Shown: positions 18,216-28,603, numbered from the stretch's first letter. The stretch: DNA of 64,000 nucleotides from Deferribacterales bacterium (GCA_050251945.1 JBFWLW010000005.1:32001-96000), one strand, 5' to 3'. The notes: generated from the letters alone by a model not told the origin. Numbers and translations are program-made.

Positions 18216-20234
18216 TCACTGTTTGTGCGGCAGGATGAGCAGTTGGATACTTTCGTATGAGCTTATCCTTTGCAGGTCAACGTAGTCCATCATGTCGGCG
18301 GGAATCACCACCAGACCCTTATAGCCGTTCTCCAGTTTTGCTGTGAGATCATGCGGTTGGCACATCTCGGCATTTTTCGGAGAGATGGACGGAATTTCGA
18401 CACTGCGTTCGCAGTCCTGCCTGCAAATTATCAGGCAGGCATGGCAATCTTTCAGTTTTTCTTTATTTATCAGCATAAAAACGCTGTCAATCAGTCTCTG
18501 TTCGTTTAACGGTTTATCAAAAACAACGTCTCCGTTGGCGGCTAAGCTGTCGTTGAATGCGGAAAGAACCACAATCGGGATGTCCTTGAGTCTTTCGTCC
18601 TGTTTTATATAGTCAATTGCGGTTTTGCCGTCCATAACAGGCATTGCGATGTCCATTGTTATAAGGTCGGGGCTGAACTTTTTCGCCATATCAATGGCGG
18701 TCTTACCATTGTCGGCGGTTGCCACACGGAAACCGTATGATGTGAAGAACTGTGTCAGCAGCGAGCGTATCGCCATTTCGTCGTCAACTACGAGTATCAG
18801 CTTGCCGTCTGCATTTTCTGTGGTTTCAGCCATTCCGGTTTCCTGAACCATTGCGGGCAGGGTAAAGCTGAACGTACTGCCCTGATTAAGGGCGGAACGC
18901 GCCCATATCTTCCCGCCGAAACGGCTTATTATCTCGTGTGAAATTGAAAGTCCGAGTCCTGTTCCGGTGGGTTTTTCCTCAAGGGTGTCGCCGTGGCAGA
19001 CCTGACGAAACTTGTCGAACACCGCTTCGGCTTCCTCCTGCGGGAAACCGCAGCCTGTATCCTTAACGTCCACCTGAACGAATCCGCTGCCTGTTTCAAA
19101 TGCGCGGACAGTTACCCTGCCTTTCTTGGTGAATTTTGATGCGTTGTTCAGCAGGTTGACCGTAACCTGAACGAAGCGGTCGTAATCACCGAAAACATAA
19201 GGCAGTGCTTCCGGAATGTCGGTAATAAGCTCTATCTCCGGTTTGTCGTCAAACTGTCCCTTGGCGGCGTTAACTGCGTGGCGGAGCATTTCGGACATGT
19301 TCACTGCTTCCTCGCGCCAGTGTGTTTTCTGCGATTCTATCTTTGAAAGGTCGAGCACGTCGTTTATCAGTCTTGTGAGCCTTTCGGTTTCGCTGAGAAT
19401 TATGGATAGATTTTCCATTATTTTTTCTGATTTTGCGGCGAGTGCCGGATTATCTCCGGTGAGAGGTACGAAGAACCGCTCGAAGTCCTTGCCGATGAGT
19501 TTGGAAAATCCGCGTATGGAAGTCAGCGGTGTTCTCAACTCGTGTGAGACTGATGAAAGGAAATCCGATTTCAGTTTATCCAGCTTCTGAAGTCTTTCGT
19601 TTGCTTCCGATATTTCTTTATAAGCTCTCTGCAGCTCATTTTCGGCGTGTTTCAGTGTGGATATGTCCATTGCAACCGACAGACAGCCCACAATATTGCC
19701 GTTTTCTTTTATAGGGGTTATGGCAAAGCTGACGGGGAAACGGCTGCCGTTTCTGCGGCAGAAAACCCCTTCGTTTATCTGGGAGGATATCTGTGAGATG
19801 ACCTCCGCATGTTTGTCCCTGTCTGACATGAGCGTATCGGTGTTGGCCATGAGGGTCACACAGTTGTTCAGCAGATCCTTGTTATCGAAAATATCAAAAA
19901 AACTAATCTGGCGGGCTTCTCTTTCGGTGTATCCAAGCATGAACTCCGCACCGCGGTTGAAAAGGATTATTTTACCGTCAAGATCCGTGGCAATGATGGA
20001 TATCTGCATGGCTGCATCCATCACAGCTTTCAGAAAACCGCTTGCAGACTCGAATTTCTGCATGAGCGATTCCGCTTTTTCAAACTGTTCTATTACCAGT
20101 CTGGTGGTAATCTCCGCCGCCTCGTGGGAAACGCGTATTTCTGAGCGCAGCAGGTTATTTTCAGAAATAAGTTTTTCGACTATTCTGCCGTCAATCATAC
20201 TGTTTCTGATACTCTCCATATCCTGATATTCCAT
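18216..20234 (-). CDS. Cytoplasmic hybrid histidine kinase (PAS-HisKA-HATPase-REC)
   Basis: SHELRTPL, NASKFT, DTGCG, GTGLGL, C-terminal MDIAMP; no TM segment. Confidence 0.93.
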   Translation of the reverse strand: MEYQDMESIRNSMIDGRIVEKLISENNLLRSEIRVSHEAAEITTRLVIEQFEKAESLMQKFESASGFLKAVMDAAMQISIIATDLDGKIILFNRGAEFMLGYTEREARQISFFDIFDNKDLLNNCVTLMANTDTLMSDRDKHAEVISQISSQINEGVFCRRNGSRFPVSFAITPIKENGNIVGCLSVAMDISTLKHAENELQRAYKEISEANERLQKLDKLKSDFLSSVSHELRTPLTSIRGFSKLIGKDFERFFVPLTGDNPALAAKSEKIMENLSIILSETERLTRLINDVLDLSKIESQKTHWREEAVNMSEMLRHAVNAAKGQFDDKPEIELITDIPEALPYVFGDYDRFVQVTVNLLNNASKFTKKGRVTVRAFETGSGFVQVDVKDTGCGFPQEEAEAVFDKFRQVCHGDTLEEKPTGTGLGLSISHEIISRFGGKIWARSALNQGSTFSFTLPAMVQETGMAETTENADGKLILVVDDEMAIRSLLTQFFTSYGFRVATADNGKTAIDMAKKFSPDLITMDIAMPVMDGKTAIDYIKQDERLKDIPIVVLSAFNDSLAANGDVVFDKPLNEQRLIDSVFMLINKEKLKDCHACLIICRQDCERSVEIPSISPKNAEMCQPHDLTAKLENGYKGLVVIPADMMDYVDLQRISSYESIQLLILPHKQ

Positions 20235-20271
20235 AAATGGCCGTCCCGGCTGATCTTTTCGTCAACCTGCT

Positions 20272-21804
20272 TTAGCATATGAATATCTTTTTCCCGCTTT
20301 CCAGCCTGTGCACGGCACAGACGAGGCAGGGGTCGAACGACCGTATAATGTGTCCTATTTCTATAGGATTATCGGTATCCGCAACTTTTATTCCCTCAAG
20401 CGCCTTTTCCCACGCTCCCGGCAGTCCCGCGTCGTCCCGCGGCGAACCGTTCCATGCTGTGGGAGTTATTATCTGATATTTCTTAATTGTTTTGTCTTCG
20501 ACGATTATCCAGTGACCCAAAGCGCCTCGTGCGGCATCGGTAAGACCCATTCCGCGTCCGTCTTTTATCTCTCCGTAGGGGGTGTAAAACTGTGAACTGC
20601 CCAGCAGTTTTGCCATTTCGTCTATCCATGCCAAAGCTTTCGGGAAGAGTTTCGCCGGACGTGCCAGCCTTGCCATCTGTCTTGTGAGAGCTGATGAGCC
20701 TTCGGTTCCGACCAGTTCTGTAAAGAGCGGAATGCCGTTTATTACCATCTGTGCCAGAGGTCCGGTTTCAACAGGTTTGGTGTTGTACCTGGGTGCCTTG
20801 ACCCATGAATATTTTTTACCTTCCTCGCCGCTCGCCTCCGGTTCCGTCATACCATCGAAAGGATGTCTTGCCCCTTCATATCCGTTGAACCATGAGTGGG
20901 ATATTGCTTCGGCAACGTAACTTTGATCGAAATCCATTACGTTCGTTCCCTCTGCATATCCGCTGCGTATCAGCTTTTCGCGTCCATGGCGGGGACTGAC
21001 ATCAGAATCGGCGGGTATGTCGAAAGCTCCGTATGAAAGGAAATTTCCATAGCTGTTGCCGATAGTATCAAGACCTATGCTTCTGCCGAAACGGATTAAA
21101 AATCCCATATCGCTTTCGCTGTGTTCATGCGATGAGGCGAGCCATTCGTCAAGCTCCTGTTTGGTGCTTATATTATTGAAGCGTTCGACGCTGCATCCGA
21201 GTATCTGTTCCTCGTATGACTTCATGCATCTGACTATCAGGTGTCTGCATTGTACTATGTCATGTATTGTCGGGACGTTTGTCACGCCGCCGGGCACCAT
21301 GAAAGATGTGTGTGGCCACTGACCGCCGAGTATGGCGATTATCTCGACGATTGTTGCCGAGTTTTTAACGGCGGAAACGCATCTGGCGCCGCGAAGCGGT
21401 GAGTATCGTTTCACAGCCTCAACATAAAGCGGGTTTGAGGCATACGCAGGATTGACAAAATCCGGCATGAACATCAGCACTGACTGGCGTATATCGCTCT
21501 GGATCATCTCCATCATGCCTGTGATGTTCTTGATGCGCAGTGCGTTGTCGGGGGGGGTGGTTCCGCAGAGGTTGTCCAGCGCAGCGGACGCCGCCGTAAG
21601 ATGTGACAGGCTGCATATTCCGCATATCCGCGGGGTGATGACAAGCCCGTCCAGCGCTCCGCGTCCTTTCATTATCTTTTCAAAGCCTCTGTAAAGTGTG
21701 CCTACACTGCGGGCTTCCGTAACGGTATCGTTTTCAAAATCTATCTGCAAAGTGAGGTCGCCCTCGACTCTGTTGACGGGGAAACTGCAAGATATCTTTG
21801 CCAT
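20272..21804 (-). CDS. [NiFe]-hydrogenase large subunit, sensory type (HupV/HoxC-like, group 2b/2c)
   Basis: RVEGD, L1 TPRICGICS, L2 SFDPCLVCAVH. Confidence 0.88.
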   Translation of the reverse strand: MAKISCSFPVNRVEGDLTLQIDFENDTVTEARSVGTLYRGFEKIMKGRGALDGLVITPRICGICSLSHLTAASAALDNLCGTTPPDNALRIKNITGMMEMIQSDIRQSVLMFMPDFVNPAYASNPLYVEAVKRYSPLRGARCVSAVKNSATIVEIIAILGGQWPHTSFMVPGGVTNVPTIHDIVQCRHLIVRCMKSYEEQILGCSVERFNNISTKQELDEWLASSHEHSESDMGFLIRFGRSIGLDTIGNSYGNFLSYGAFDIPADSDVSPRHGREKLIRSGYAEGTNVMDFDQSYVAEAISHSWFNGYEGARHPFDGMTEPEASGEEGKKYSWVKAPRYNTKPVETGPLAQMVINGIPLFTELVGTEGSSALTRQMARLARPAKLFPKALAWIDEMAKLLGSSQFYTPYGEIKDGRGMGLTDAARGALGHWIIVEDKTIKKYQIITPTAWNGSPRDDAGLPGAWEKALEGIKVADTDNPIEIGHIIRSFDPCLVCAVHRLESGKKIFIC

Positions 21805-21813
21805 GGCAGACTC

Positions 21814-22749
21814 CTATATTCTTGTCTGGCGTTTTTTGAGTCTTAAAGGTGCCGCCGCGGCTGCCATGCCTTTGTAAGCCATGTACTGTGCGCGGCTGAT
21901 GCCGTTTGGCAGTGCTATCGGGATACCTTCGATATTTTTTGTGTCAAAGAAGGGGTATTCCTGAGGAAAGTCCGGATTGTTGCATCCGAAGCAGGGTACT
22001 CCGACTCTGGGTTTTGAAGAGCGTTTGCTCCAGAGAAGTTTATTGCATGAACCGCCTGTCAGCGGACCGTGACAGCCGAGGTGGAAGAACAGACAGCCTT
22101 TCTCACCGAAATCGTTCTCCTCCACACGGTATTCGTGGTATTCGTTGCGGGTGCAGCCCTGATGCACCATCATGCCGTACCATGCCAGCGGACGGTTGTA
22201 TTCGTCCAGCTCTATCTCTATGCCGCTGTTGAGCATGGCGAGTATGCTTGTGAATATTTCAGGGTGGCAGGGGCAGCCTGGCAGGTTGATTACGGGCAGA
22301 CCGCCTCCGGAAACGTAGTCTGCACCGAGCAGCCCGCCTTTTTCCTTGCGGGTGAACTGTATGCCTGTTGCCTGTGTTTCCGATCCTACGCCTATTCCGC
22401 CAAAAGACGCGCAGGTGCCGAGGGCTATTATGTACTGTGCCCGTTTTGACAGGGCGATGAGTATATTCTTTTTCGGAACGCCGAATTTGAGATCGAACAT
22501 GCCCGTGCTGGCAGGTCCTTTCAGAATGTTGCCCTCAACCACCAGAATGTCCAGAGGGATTGAACCGTCCTGAAGGGATTCCAGTAGTTCATGTTGTTCC
22601 TTATGTGATTTAATAGATAGGGAAGGGTGGTAAAGAGGATTGATTTCCAGATCAACGAAAATATCAACCAGATTGGGCTTATCCAGATTAAGCAGAGAGA
22701 CACTGTCGCCATCACAGCCGCCGCAATGCAGCCAGTAGACGTTTTTCAT
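21814..22749 (-). CDS. [NiFe]-hydrogenase small subunit, sensory type (HupU/HoxB-like)
   Basis: No Tat signal; CGGCDGD, GTCA, PGCPCHP, HQGCTR, GVPCFGC; HupU-like tail GIPIALP; ATG 22749 behind GGAG. Confidence 0.88.
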   Translation of the reverse strand: MKNVYWLHCGGCDGDSVSLLNLDKPNLVDIFVDLEINPLYHPSLSIKSHKEQHELLESLQDGSIPLDILVVEGNILKGPASTGMFDLKFGVPKKNILIALSKRAQYIIALGTCASFGGIGVGSETQATGIQFTRKEKGGLLGADYVSGGGLPVINLPGCPCHPEIFTSILAMLNSGIEIELDEYNRPLAWYGMMVHQGCTRNEYHEYRVEENDFGEKGCLFFHLGCHGPLTGGSCNKLLWSKRSSKPRVGVPCFGCNNPDFPQEYPFFDTKNIEGIPIALPNGISRAQYMAYKGMAAAAAPLRLKKRQTRI

Positions 22750-22816
22750 CGGTTTCTCCAATAAGAAAATTAAATAATAATGAAAATATGCGTATTTGCC
22801 CGCACATCCTTTAAAA

Positions 22817-22846
22817 ATTTTATCAAATATCGACATCCGCTGTCAA
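22817..22846 (-). promoter_or_regulatory. Sigma70-type promoter of the sensory hydrogenase operon
   Basis: TTGACA-N18-TAAAAT with extended -10 TG. Confidence 0.55.
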
Positions 22847-22966
22847 TTATTCTTTCGTTTTTGCATAAAAACATAAATAGCTGGTAAATATGCTTATTTA
22901 ATGATTATTTGAAGCATGTGTGATATTTACCTACCTGATAGTGTAGTGTTACATGGGAACTTTAGT

Positions 22967-24532
22967 TCATTCAGGATCCTTATATCGTTCTTTAATAAGT
23001 GTTATTTTGTCATAGGCGCTTAAAAGCGCGTCGACAGCTTTCGGGTCGAACATTTTTTTACGGTTGTCGTTTATGAATTTCAGAACGTCTTCTTCTTCCC
23101 ATGCGTCCTTGTAAACCCGTTTACTGCCGAGAGCATCGTAAACGTCCGCAAGGCAGACTATCCTTGCCGCCGGATGTATCTTCTCCCCTTCGATACCTCT
23201 GGGATATCCGCTGCCGTCCCAGTATTCGTGGTGGTCGCGGGCTATTACCGCGCTTGTCTGCAAAAGAGGGCGTGAGGAGTTCTTCAGCATGTTGTATCCT
23301 ATCTCCGTATGGGTACGCATTATGCTCATTTCGTCATGAGTAAGCCTTTCTGGTTTAAGGAGAATAGAATCAGAGATACCTATCTTGCCGATATCGTGCA
23401 TGGGCGACGCCATTTTGAAAAGCTGTGCGTCCTCCTCTGAAAATCCCATCTCAAGTGCAATGGTAAAGGTGTACTCGGACACCCGCTTGACGTGGTATGC
23501 TGTCTCTTTGGAGCGGCTCTCAACCACTTCTCCGAGATGATGGATGATATCAATCTGGGTTTCCTGTATCTCTTTGTTGAGTATGACGTTATCAAACGCT
23601 ATACCTGCGTTGTGATTGAAAATGGTGAGCAGGTTCTCAATCTCCGGTCCAAGGTCTTTTGAGCAGTCTTCGATGAAGAGCAGGTGTATCTTATCCTTCA
23701 TTGTCGGGAAATAGCCGACGTAGTGGCTGTCTATAAATCCGCTTTTCTCTTTTGTGACAGCCTGTTTCAGGTAAGGCACTATTTCTGCAGGTATAGGGGT
23801 GCAGGTATCTATGGTTGCGCCGAGGCATTGGGTGAACCTTCCTGTTGCGGCGATAATGCGGAAATTGCTGTCTCCGGTGCGTGCGGCGGTGAAACCAGAT
23901 GTACTGACATAGTATGAGTTCTCAAGTCCGAGAATGGAAACAACCTGAGTAAGCACACCCTGTGCCAGCTGTTCAACATTCTGACGCTGGAAAAGGTTTG
24001 CCGTGGAGTTGATTATCTGTTTCAGACCTTCGCTGTTGCGGTTTATGATGCGCAGGTCGCGGTAAGACCTGAGAGCGGAGAACATTGTTGTGTAAAGCTG
24101 CTGGCTGGTGAGTTCCGCTTTGTTCTTGTAATCGTTTATGTCGTATTCGGCTATGACCTTTTTTTCAGGGGCTTCGCCGGGCTGTCCCGTGCGCAGGATT
24201 ATCCTGCTGAACCTGTTGCCCATTTCGCCCCGTATCATCTTTGCGAGGTTAAGCCCCGCTATATTGCTTTCCATCACCACGTCAAGGAGGATAACCGCGA
24301 AGTCCTTGACCTGATTCATTATGTCTATGGCTTCCTTTGCGGAATATGCACTGTAGAATTTAAGTTTTTTATCCTCGAAAACAAAATCGTCCAGAACCAT
24401 TTTGGTGGTGGTGTGAATGTCCGGTTCGTCGTCAACTATAAGCACTTTCCAAAAATCTTCCGGATGGCTTGTCATCGGGCTGTCAAAATCGTCTTCCGGA
24501 GCAAAAATAATGTTTTCAGCGCTGTCAGTCAT
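22967..24532 (-). CDS. Response regulator REC-DUF3369-HD-GYP phosphodiesterase
   Basis: LLDVVME, LRTGQPG, MHDIGK, HHEYWDGSGYP. Confidence 0.92.
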   Translation of the reverse strand: MTDSAENIIFAPEDDFDSPMTSHPEDFWKVLIVDDEPDIHTTTKMVLDDFVFEDKKLKFYSAYSAKEAIDIMNQVKDFAVILLDVVMESNIAGLNLAKMIRGEMGNRFSRIILRTGQPGEAPEKKVIAEYDINDYKNKAELTSQQLYTTMFSALRSYRDLRIINRNSEGLKQIINSTANLFQRQNVEQLAQGVLTQVVSILGLENSYYVSTSGFTAARTGDSNFRIIAATGRFTQCLGATIDTCTPIPAEIVPYLKQAVTKEKSGFIDSHYVGYFPTMKDKIHLLFIEDCSKDLGPEIENLLTIFNHNAGIAFDNVILNKEIQETQIDIIHHLGEVVESRSKETAYHVKRVSEYTFTIALEMGFSEEDAQLFKMASPMHDIGKIGISDSILLKPERLTHDEMSIMRTHTEIGYNMLKNSSRPLLQTSAVIARDHHEYWDGSGYPRGIEGEKIHPAARIVCLADVYDALGSKRVYKDAWEEEDVLKFINDNRKKMFDPKAVDALLSAYDKITLIKERYKDPE

Positions 24533-26066
24533 TGCGTTCTCCCTTCACAGGCACGGAGATTATGAATGTGGTTCCCTGCCCGGGTTTGCTTTGTGTCTTT
24601 ATGGTTCCGTTCAGCTTTCTGCTGATCAGGTTATAAACTATGTTCATACCCAAACCCGACCCGCCTGCGTTCCGTTTTGTTGTGTAAAAAGGTTCGTATA
24701 TGCGGGCAAGCTGTTCTTCATTCATGCCGACCCCGTTGTCAGAGTAGGTCAATATCAGGTTTGTACCCTCTATTTCCCCTTTGATCTCAATTATTCCGTT
24801 CTCGATCTCGTCAAATCCGTGTACAAGGCTGTTGATTATCAGATTCGAGAATATCTGCATCAGCGCGCCGGGGTATGACTCTATTATAAGTTCATCCGGC
24901 ACATTCAGGTAGACATTATGTCCTGTATTTTTCAGTTTCGGGGTTAAGCTTTGAAGAATATCGTTCAGATAGCTTTTCACGCTGAATTTTCTTGGGAGTT
25001 CGCTGGATTGATCCACCGCCACCTGTTTAAAACTGCTGACAAGGCTTCCCGCTCTGAGCAGATTTGCCGAAATGCTGTGAAGCGATTGCTCTGCCGTTTC
25101 AAAGAACTTGTCCAGTTCGCTTTTTTTCATCTGACCGGACTTATATGCCGTTGTGAGCGCTTTAAGCTTGTCCTCCAGATATGTCGCAGTCGTTACTCCT
25201 ATGCCCACCGGAGTGTTTATCTCGTGTGCAACGCCCGCCACCAGATTACCCAGGGATGCCATCTTTTCCGCCTCGATAAGCTGGTTCTGGGTACGTTTAA
25301 GGTCTTCCAGCGATTCCTGAAGGTCTTTCGTGCGGGCAGATACCCTGTTTTCCAGTTCACTGTTAAGAGCTTCAAGTTCCTTTTCGCGCAGAAGGAGCGC
25401 TTCGTTCGTGTGAACGCCGGACATTATGGTATAGCCGGAGAGGATGAGGATGAAGAAGAAAATTGATATTGTATAGAAAATGAGCTTTGCAACCTGAGAG
25501 GCTGCTTCCCGTTTTATGTCGTCGATATAAATTCCTGTGCCGACTATCCATTTCCATTCGGGGAATGCTTTTACGTATGATATTTTCGGTATTACGGTGC
25601 CGGAATCGTCCTTCCACTGCCACATGTAGTCAATGAAGCCCTCGCCGTTTGTTTTAACAGCCTGAACCATCTCGTTGAAAACATGCTTCCCCTGCGGGTC
25701 GGCAAAATCGTCCAGCATCTTTCCGTTCAGGTCTGCACGGTAAGGGTGCATGACCATCCGCGGTTCATAGTTGGTAATCCAGAAATAATCCTTTCTTTCC
25801 GGTCCGAATTTCATAGCGCCTATTATTGCCGCCGCCTGCGTTTTTGCCTCTTTTTCGGTTATCTTTCCCTGCTGTGCGAGTTTATACTGGTAGGATATTA
25901 CATCAATTGCTGTCTGTGCGAGATCGTGTATCTGGGATTTCTTTTGCTCAAGAAGACGTTTTTCGACGTCGGGGATATGTATTCCGAAGATTATGAAAAC
26001 AAACAGGGCTACTGAGATTACTATTGGGAGTACGACTTTTACCCAGACTGGAATAGTTGTTTTCAT
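24525..26066 (-). CDS. Membrane sensor histidine kinase with periplasmic single Cache domain
   Basis: Two TMs; YFWI..MHP, KISYV, WIVGTGIY; AHEINTPVG; start moved to MKTTIP. Confidence 0.92.
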   Translation of the reverse strand: MKTTIPVWVKVVLPIVISVALFVFIIFGIHIPDVEKRLLEQKKSQIHDLAQTAIDVISYQYKLAQQGKITEKEAKTQAAAIIGAMKFGPERKDYFWITNYEPRMVMHPYRADLNGKMLDDFADPQGKHVFNEMVQAVKTNGEGFIDYMWQWKDDSGTVIPKISYVKAFPEWKWIVGTGIYIDDIKREAASQVAKLIFYTISIFFFILILSGYTIMSGVHTNEALLLREKELEALNSELENRVSARTKDLQESLEDLKRTQNQLIEAEKMASLGNLVAGVAHEINTPVGIGVTTATYLEDKLKALTTAYKSGQMKKSELDKFFETAEQSLHSISANLLRAGSLVSSFKQVAVDQSSELPRKFSVKSYLNDILQSLTPKLKNTGHNVYLNVPDELIIESYPGALMQIFSNLIINSLVHGFDEIENGIIEIKGEIEGTNLILTYSDNGVGMNEEQLARIYEPFYTTKRNAGGSGLGMNIVYNLISRKLNGTIKTQSKPGQGTTFIISVPVKGERND

Positions 26067-26170
26067 AACTGTCACCGCAAAATAAAATAAATAAAAGCTC
26101 ATACGCATATATGAGACGATGTGTTATTTTAACACAGAAAAACAGAAATGAAAGTGAAATGTTAAAAATA

Positions 26171-26197
26171 AGCCCCCGGTAATTCCTTACGGGGGCT
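26171..26197 (-). terminator. Rho-independent terminator after argJ
   Basis: AGCCCCCG ... CGGGGGCT with T run on the minus strand. Confidence 0.7.
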
Positions 26198-26205
26198 GTT
26201 TAAGA

Positions 26206-27408
26206 TCAGCTTCTGTAATCGGCGTTGATGGCTATATATTCTCTGCTCAGGTCGCATGTGAACACTTGTGCAGTTCCAGAACCGCAGTTTAAATCCAGTG
26301 TTATGCTTATTTCCGGCTGTTTCATTATGGCGGCTGCTTTCGGTTCCATCTTTTCGTCAATGATCAGACCGCCCCTGGCGTAGAGCAGGTCTTCAAAGTA
26401 AAGGTCTGTTGTGCTTTCGTCCGCCTTAACCCCGCTTGCGCCAACGCACGCCATCAGCCTGCCCCAGTTGGGGTCTTCGCCGTGAAACATGGTTTTAACA
26501 AGGGGAGAGTTCGCTATAAGAAACGCACATTTCTTTGCATCCTCATCGCTGTCGGCGCCTTTTACGTTTACGGTGATGAATTTGGTGGCACCTTCGCCGT
26601 CTTTGACTATCATTTTGGCAAGCTCAAGACATACCTGAGTCACAGCCTCTTTGAACTCGTCCATATCGGGGATGATTCCGCTCATGCCGTTTGCCATGAG
26701 TATCACTGTGTCATTGGTGCTCATGTCGTTATCCACCGTTATGGAGTTGAAAGAACCCTTAACAGCGTCAGAAAGCGCCGTCTGGAGATTCTTTTCATTA
26801 ATCAGAGCGTCTGTGGTGATGTAGCAGAGCATGGTTGCCATGTTGGGCGCTATCATGCCGGCGCCCTTTGCCGCGCCTGCGACAACGTATGCGCCGTTTG
26901 CGGTTTCAACGAGAACGCCTGCCTGTTTTGAAAATGTATCCGTTGTCATTATGGCTTCCGCGAATATGTCGGAGTTTCCGTCGTCCAGTTCGTCAACCAG
27001 CGCGTCGATATGCTGTACCATTCTTTCAACGGGGAGCTGAACGCCTATGGTTCCTGTGGAACCTGTCAGAACTTTTGCCGCGTCGATGCCGAGACTTTCG
27101 GCAACTGCTTCCGCCAGTGCTTCGCAGTTCAGTATACCCTGCGCACCTGTGCATGCGTTGGCGTTTCCGCTGTTGACAAGTACCGCCTGAAAATCTTTTG
27201 ATTTTTCCATAGCTTTGATGGCGTGTCTGAGTGGTGCCGCTTTAAAGGTGTTCGCTGTGAACACAGCCGCAGTCTTGCACGGAACTTCCGAATAGAGGAG
27301 GCAGAGATCTTTTTTGTCTTTTCCTTTGCCCTTCACGTCAGCATTCATTGCGCTTGCGAGGAAACCGAGGGGTGCACACACTCCCGCTTTGTTTATCTTC
27401 TGTATCAT
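26206..27408 (-). CDS. argJ: Glutamate N-acetyltransferase / ornithine acetyltransferase
   Basis: NSGNANACTG, IMTTDT, KGAGMIAPNMATML, DGEGA. Confidence 0.97.
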   Translation of the reverse strand: MIQKINKAGVCAPLGFLASAMNADVKGKGKDKKDLCLLYSEVPCKTAAVFTANTFKAAPLRHAIKAMEKSKDFQAVLVNSGNANACTGAQGILNCEALAEAVAESLGIDAAKVLTGSTGTIGVQLPVERMVQHIDALVDELDDGNSDIFAEAIMTTDTFSKQAGVLVETANGAYVVAGAAKGAGMIAPNMATMLCYITTDALINEKNLQTALSDAVKGSFNSITVDNDMSTNDTVILMANGMSGIIPDMDEFKEAVTQVCLELAKMIVKDGEGATKFITVNVKGADSDEDAKKCAFLIANSPLVKTMFHGEDPNWGRLMACVGASGVKADESTTDLYFEDLLYARGGLIIDEKMEPKAAAIMKQPEISITLDLNCGSGTAQVFTCDLSREYIAINADYRS

Positions 27409-27434
27409 TTTAAATCTCCTGATTTTTTTTGAAT

Positions 27435-27509
27435 AGATTGCCGCACCCGCCGTGGGCAGGTTCGCAATGACGTTAACGTCTCTGCGAAGGCTTTAGCCTG
27501 AAGCAGTCT
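27435..27509. repeat. REP doublet between argC and argJ
   Basis: AGATTGC...CGCAATGAC followed by GTCTCTGCGAAGGCTTTAGCCTGAAGCAGTCT. Confidence 0.8.
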
Positions 27510-27517
27510 GTGTTATG

Positions 27518-28522
27518 TTAAAGTATGCCTGCTGTCTCGTCCAGACCGCACATGACATTCAGGTTCTGCACGGCGGCGCCGCTTGAACCCTTTATCAGGT
27601 TGTCTATACATGACACGATGATAAGTTTTCCGTCCTTAAGGAAAAGCGCAATGTCGATGAAGTTTGTGTCCACGACATCTTTGATGGACGGAACGTGTCC
27701 GTTGTCATAAATGCGTACGAAACGTCGGTCTTTGTAGAATGCCTTCATGCAGGAGGCAAGCTCCGCGAGGCTTTTGTCGGTTTTTGCGTAGATGGTGGTC
27801 TCTATCCCTTTGTTGACTGGCAGCAGGTGCGCCGTAAAGGTTACGTCCGCTTTGTTGCCTGTCCGCTCAAGGATATGGTTCATTTCGGGATTATGCCTGT
27901 GTCCGAAGATGTTATAGGGTCTGAAATCCTCGTTGACCTCGCTGAAAGAGAGCGACAGGTCTGCCTTTCTCCCGGCTCCGGTAACGCCGGATTTTGAGTC
28001 TGCAATTATGTATGAAGCGTCTATCAGTCCCTCTTTAACAAGAGGGAACAGAGGCATTATAACTGTTGTGGGGTAGCATCCGGGGTTTGCCGCCATATTT
28101 GTTTTAGCAAGCTCTTCGCCGAATATTTCAGGTATGCCGTAAACCGCCTTTTCAAGCAGTTCGGGGAACAGATGTTTTGTATTGTAAACTTTCTCGTATA
28201 ACTGAGCGTCCTTTATGCGGAAATCCGCGGACAGATCCACCACTTTCAAGCCTTTGCCGTGGAAGAAAGCCGCCGCCTGCTGTGCCGCCGCGTGGGGCAG
28301 GCAGAGAAAGACCGCTTCGGACTCTGCGGCAACCTTTTCATAGTCGCGCCCGATGATAACTGTGTCGCACAGGTTTTTAAAGTAGGGGTAGACCTCGCTG
28401 AAAGCTTTGCCTTCATAGGTCTCGCTCACAAGTTGTCCGATAACAAAGCGCGGGTGTCTTACCAGAATTTTAATAAGTTCATATCCGGTGTAGCCCGTTG
28501 CTCCGATGACGGAAACTATCAT
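27518..28522 (-). CDS. argC: N-acetyl-gamma-glutamyl-phosphate reductase
   Basis: GATGYTG, DLSADFR, ANPGCY, IDNLIKG; ATG 28522 behind GGAGG. Confidence 0.97.
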   Translation of the reverse strand: MIVSVIGATGYTGYELIKILVRHPRFVIGQLVSETYEGKAFSEVYPYFKNLCDTVIIGRDYEKVAAESEAVFLCLPHAAAQQAAAFFHGKGLKVVDLSADFRIKDAQLYEKVYNTKHLFPELLEKAVYGIPEIFGEELAKTNMAANPGCYPTTVIMPLFPLVKEGLIDASYIIADSKSGVTGAGRKADLSLSFSEVNEDFRPYNIFGHRHNPEMNHILERTGNKADVTFTAHLLPVNKGIETTIYAKTDKSLAELASCMKAFYKDRRFVRIYDNGHVPSIKDVVDTNFIDIALFLKDGKLIIVSCIDNLIKGSSGAAVQNLNVMCGLDETAGIL

Positions 28523-28603
28523 TGCGCCCTCCATGTAAGGTTCATGGGGTACAAGATAGTGCAAAACGCTCTGAAAATCAAAGCAAATCTATGTCAGCAA
28601 ATG

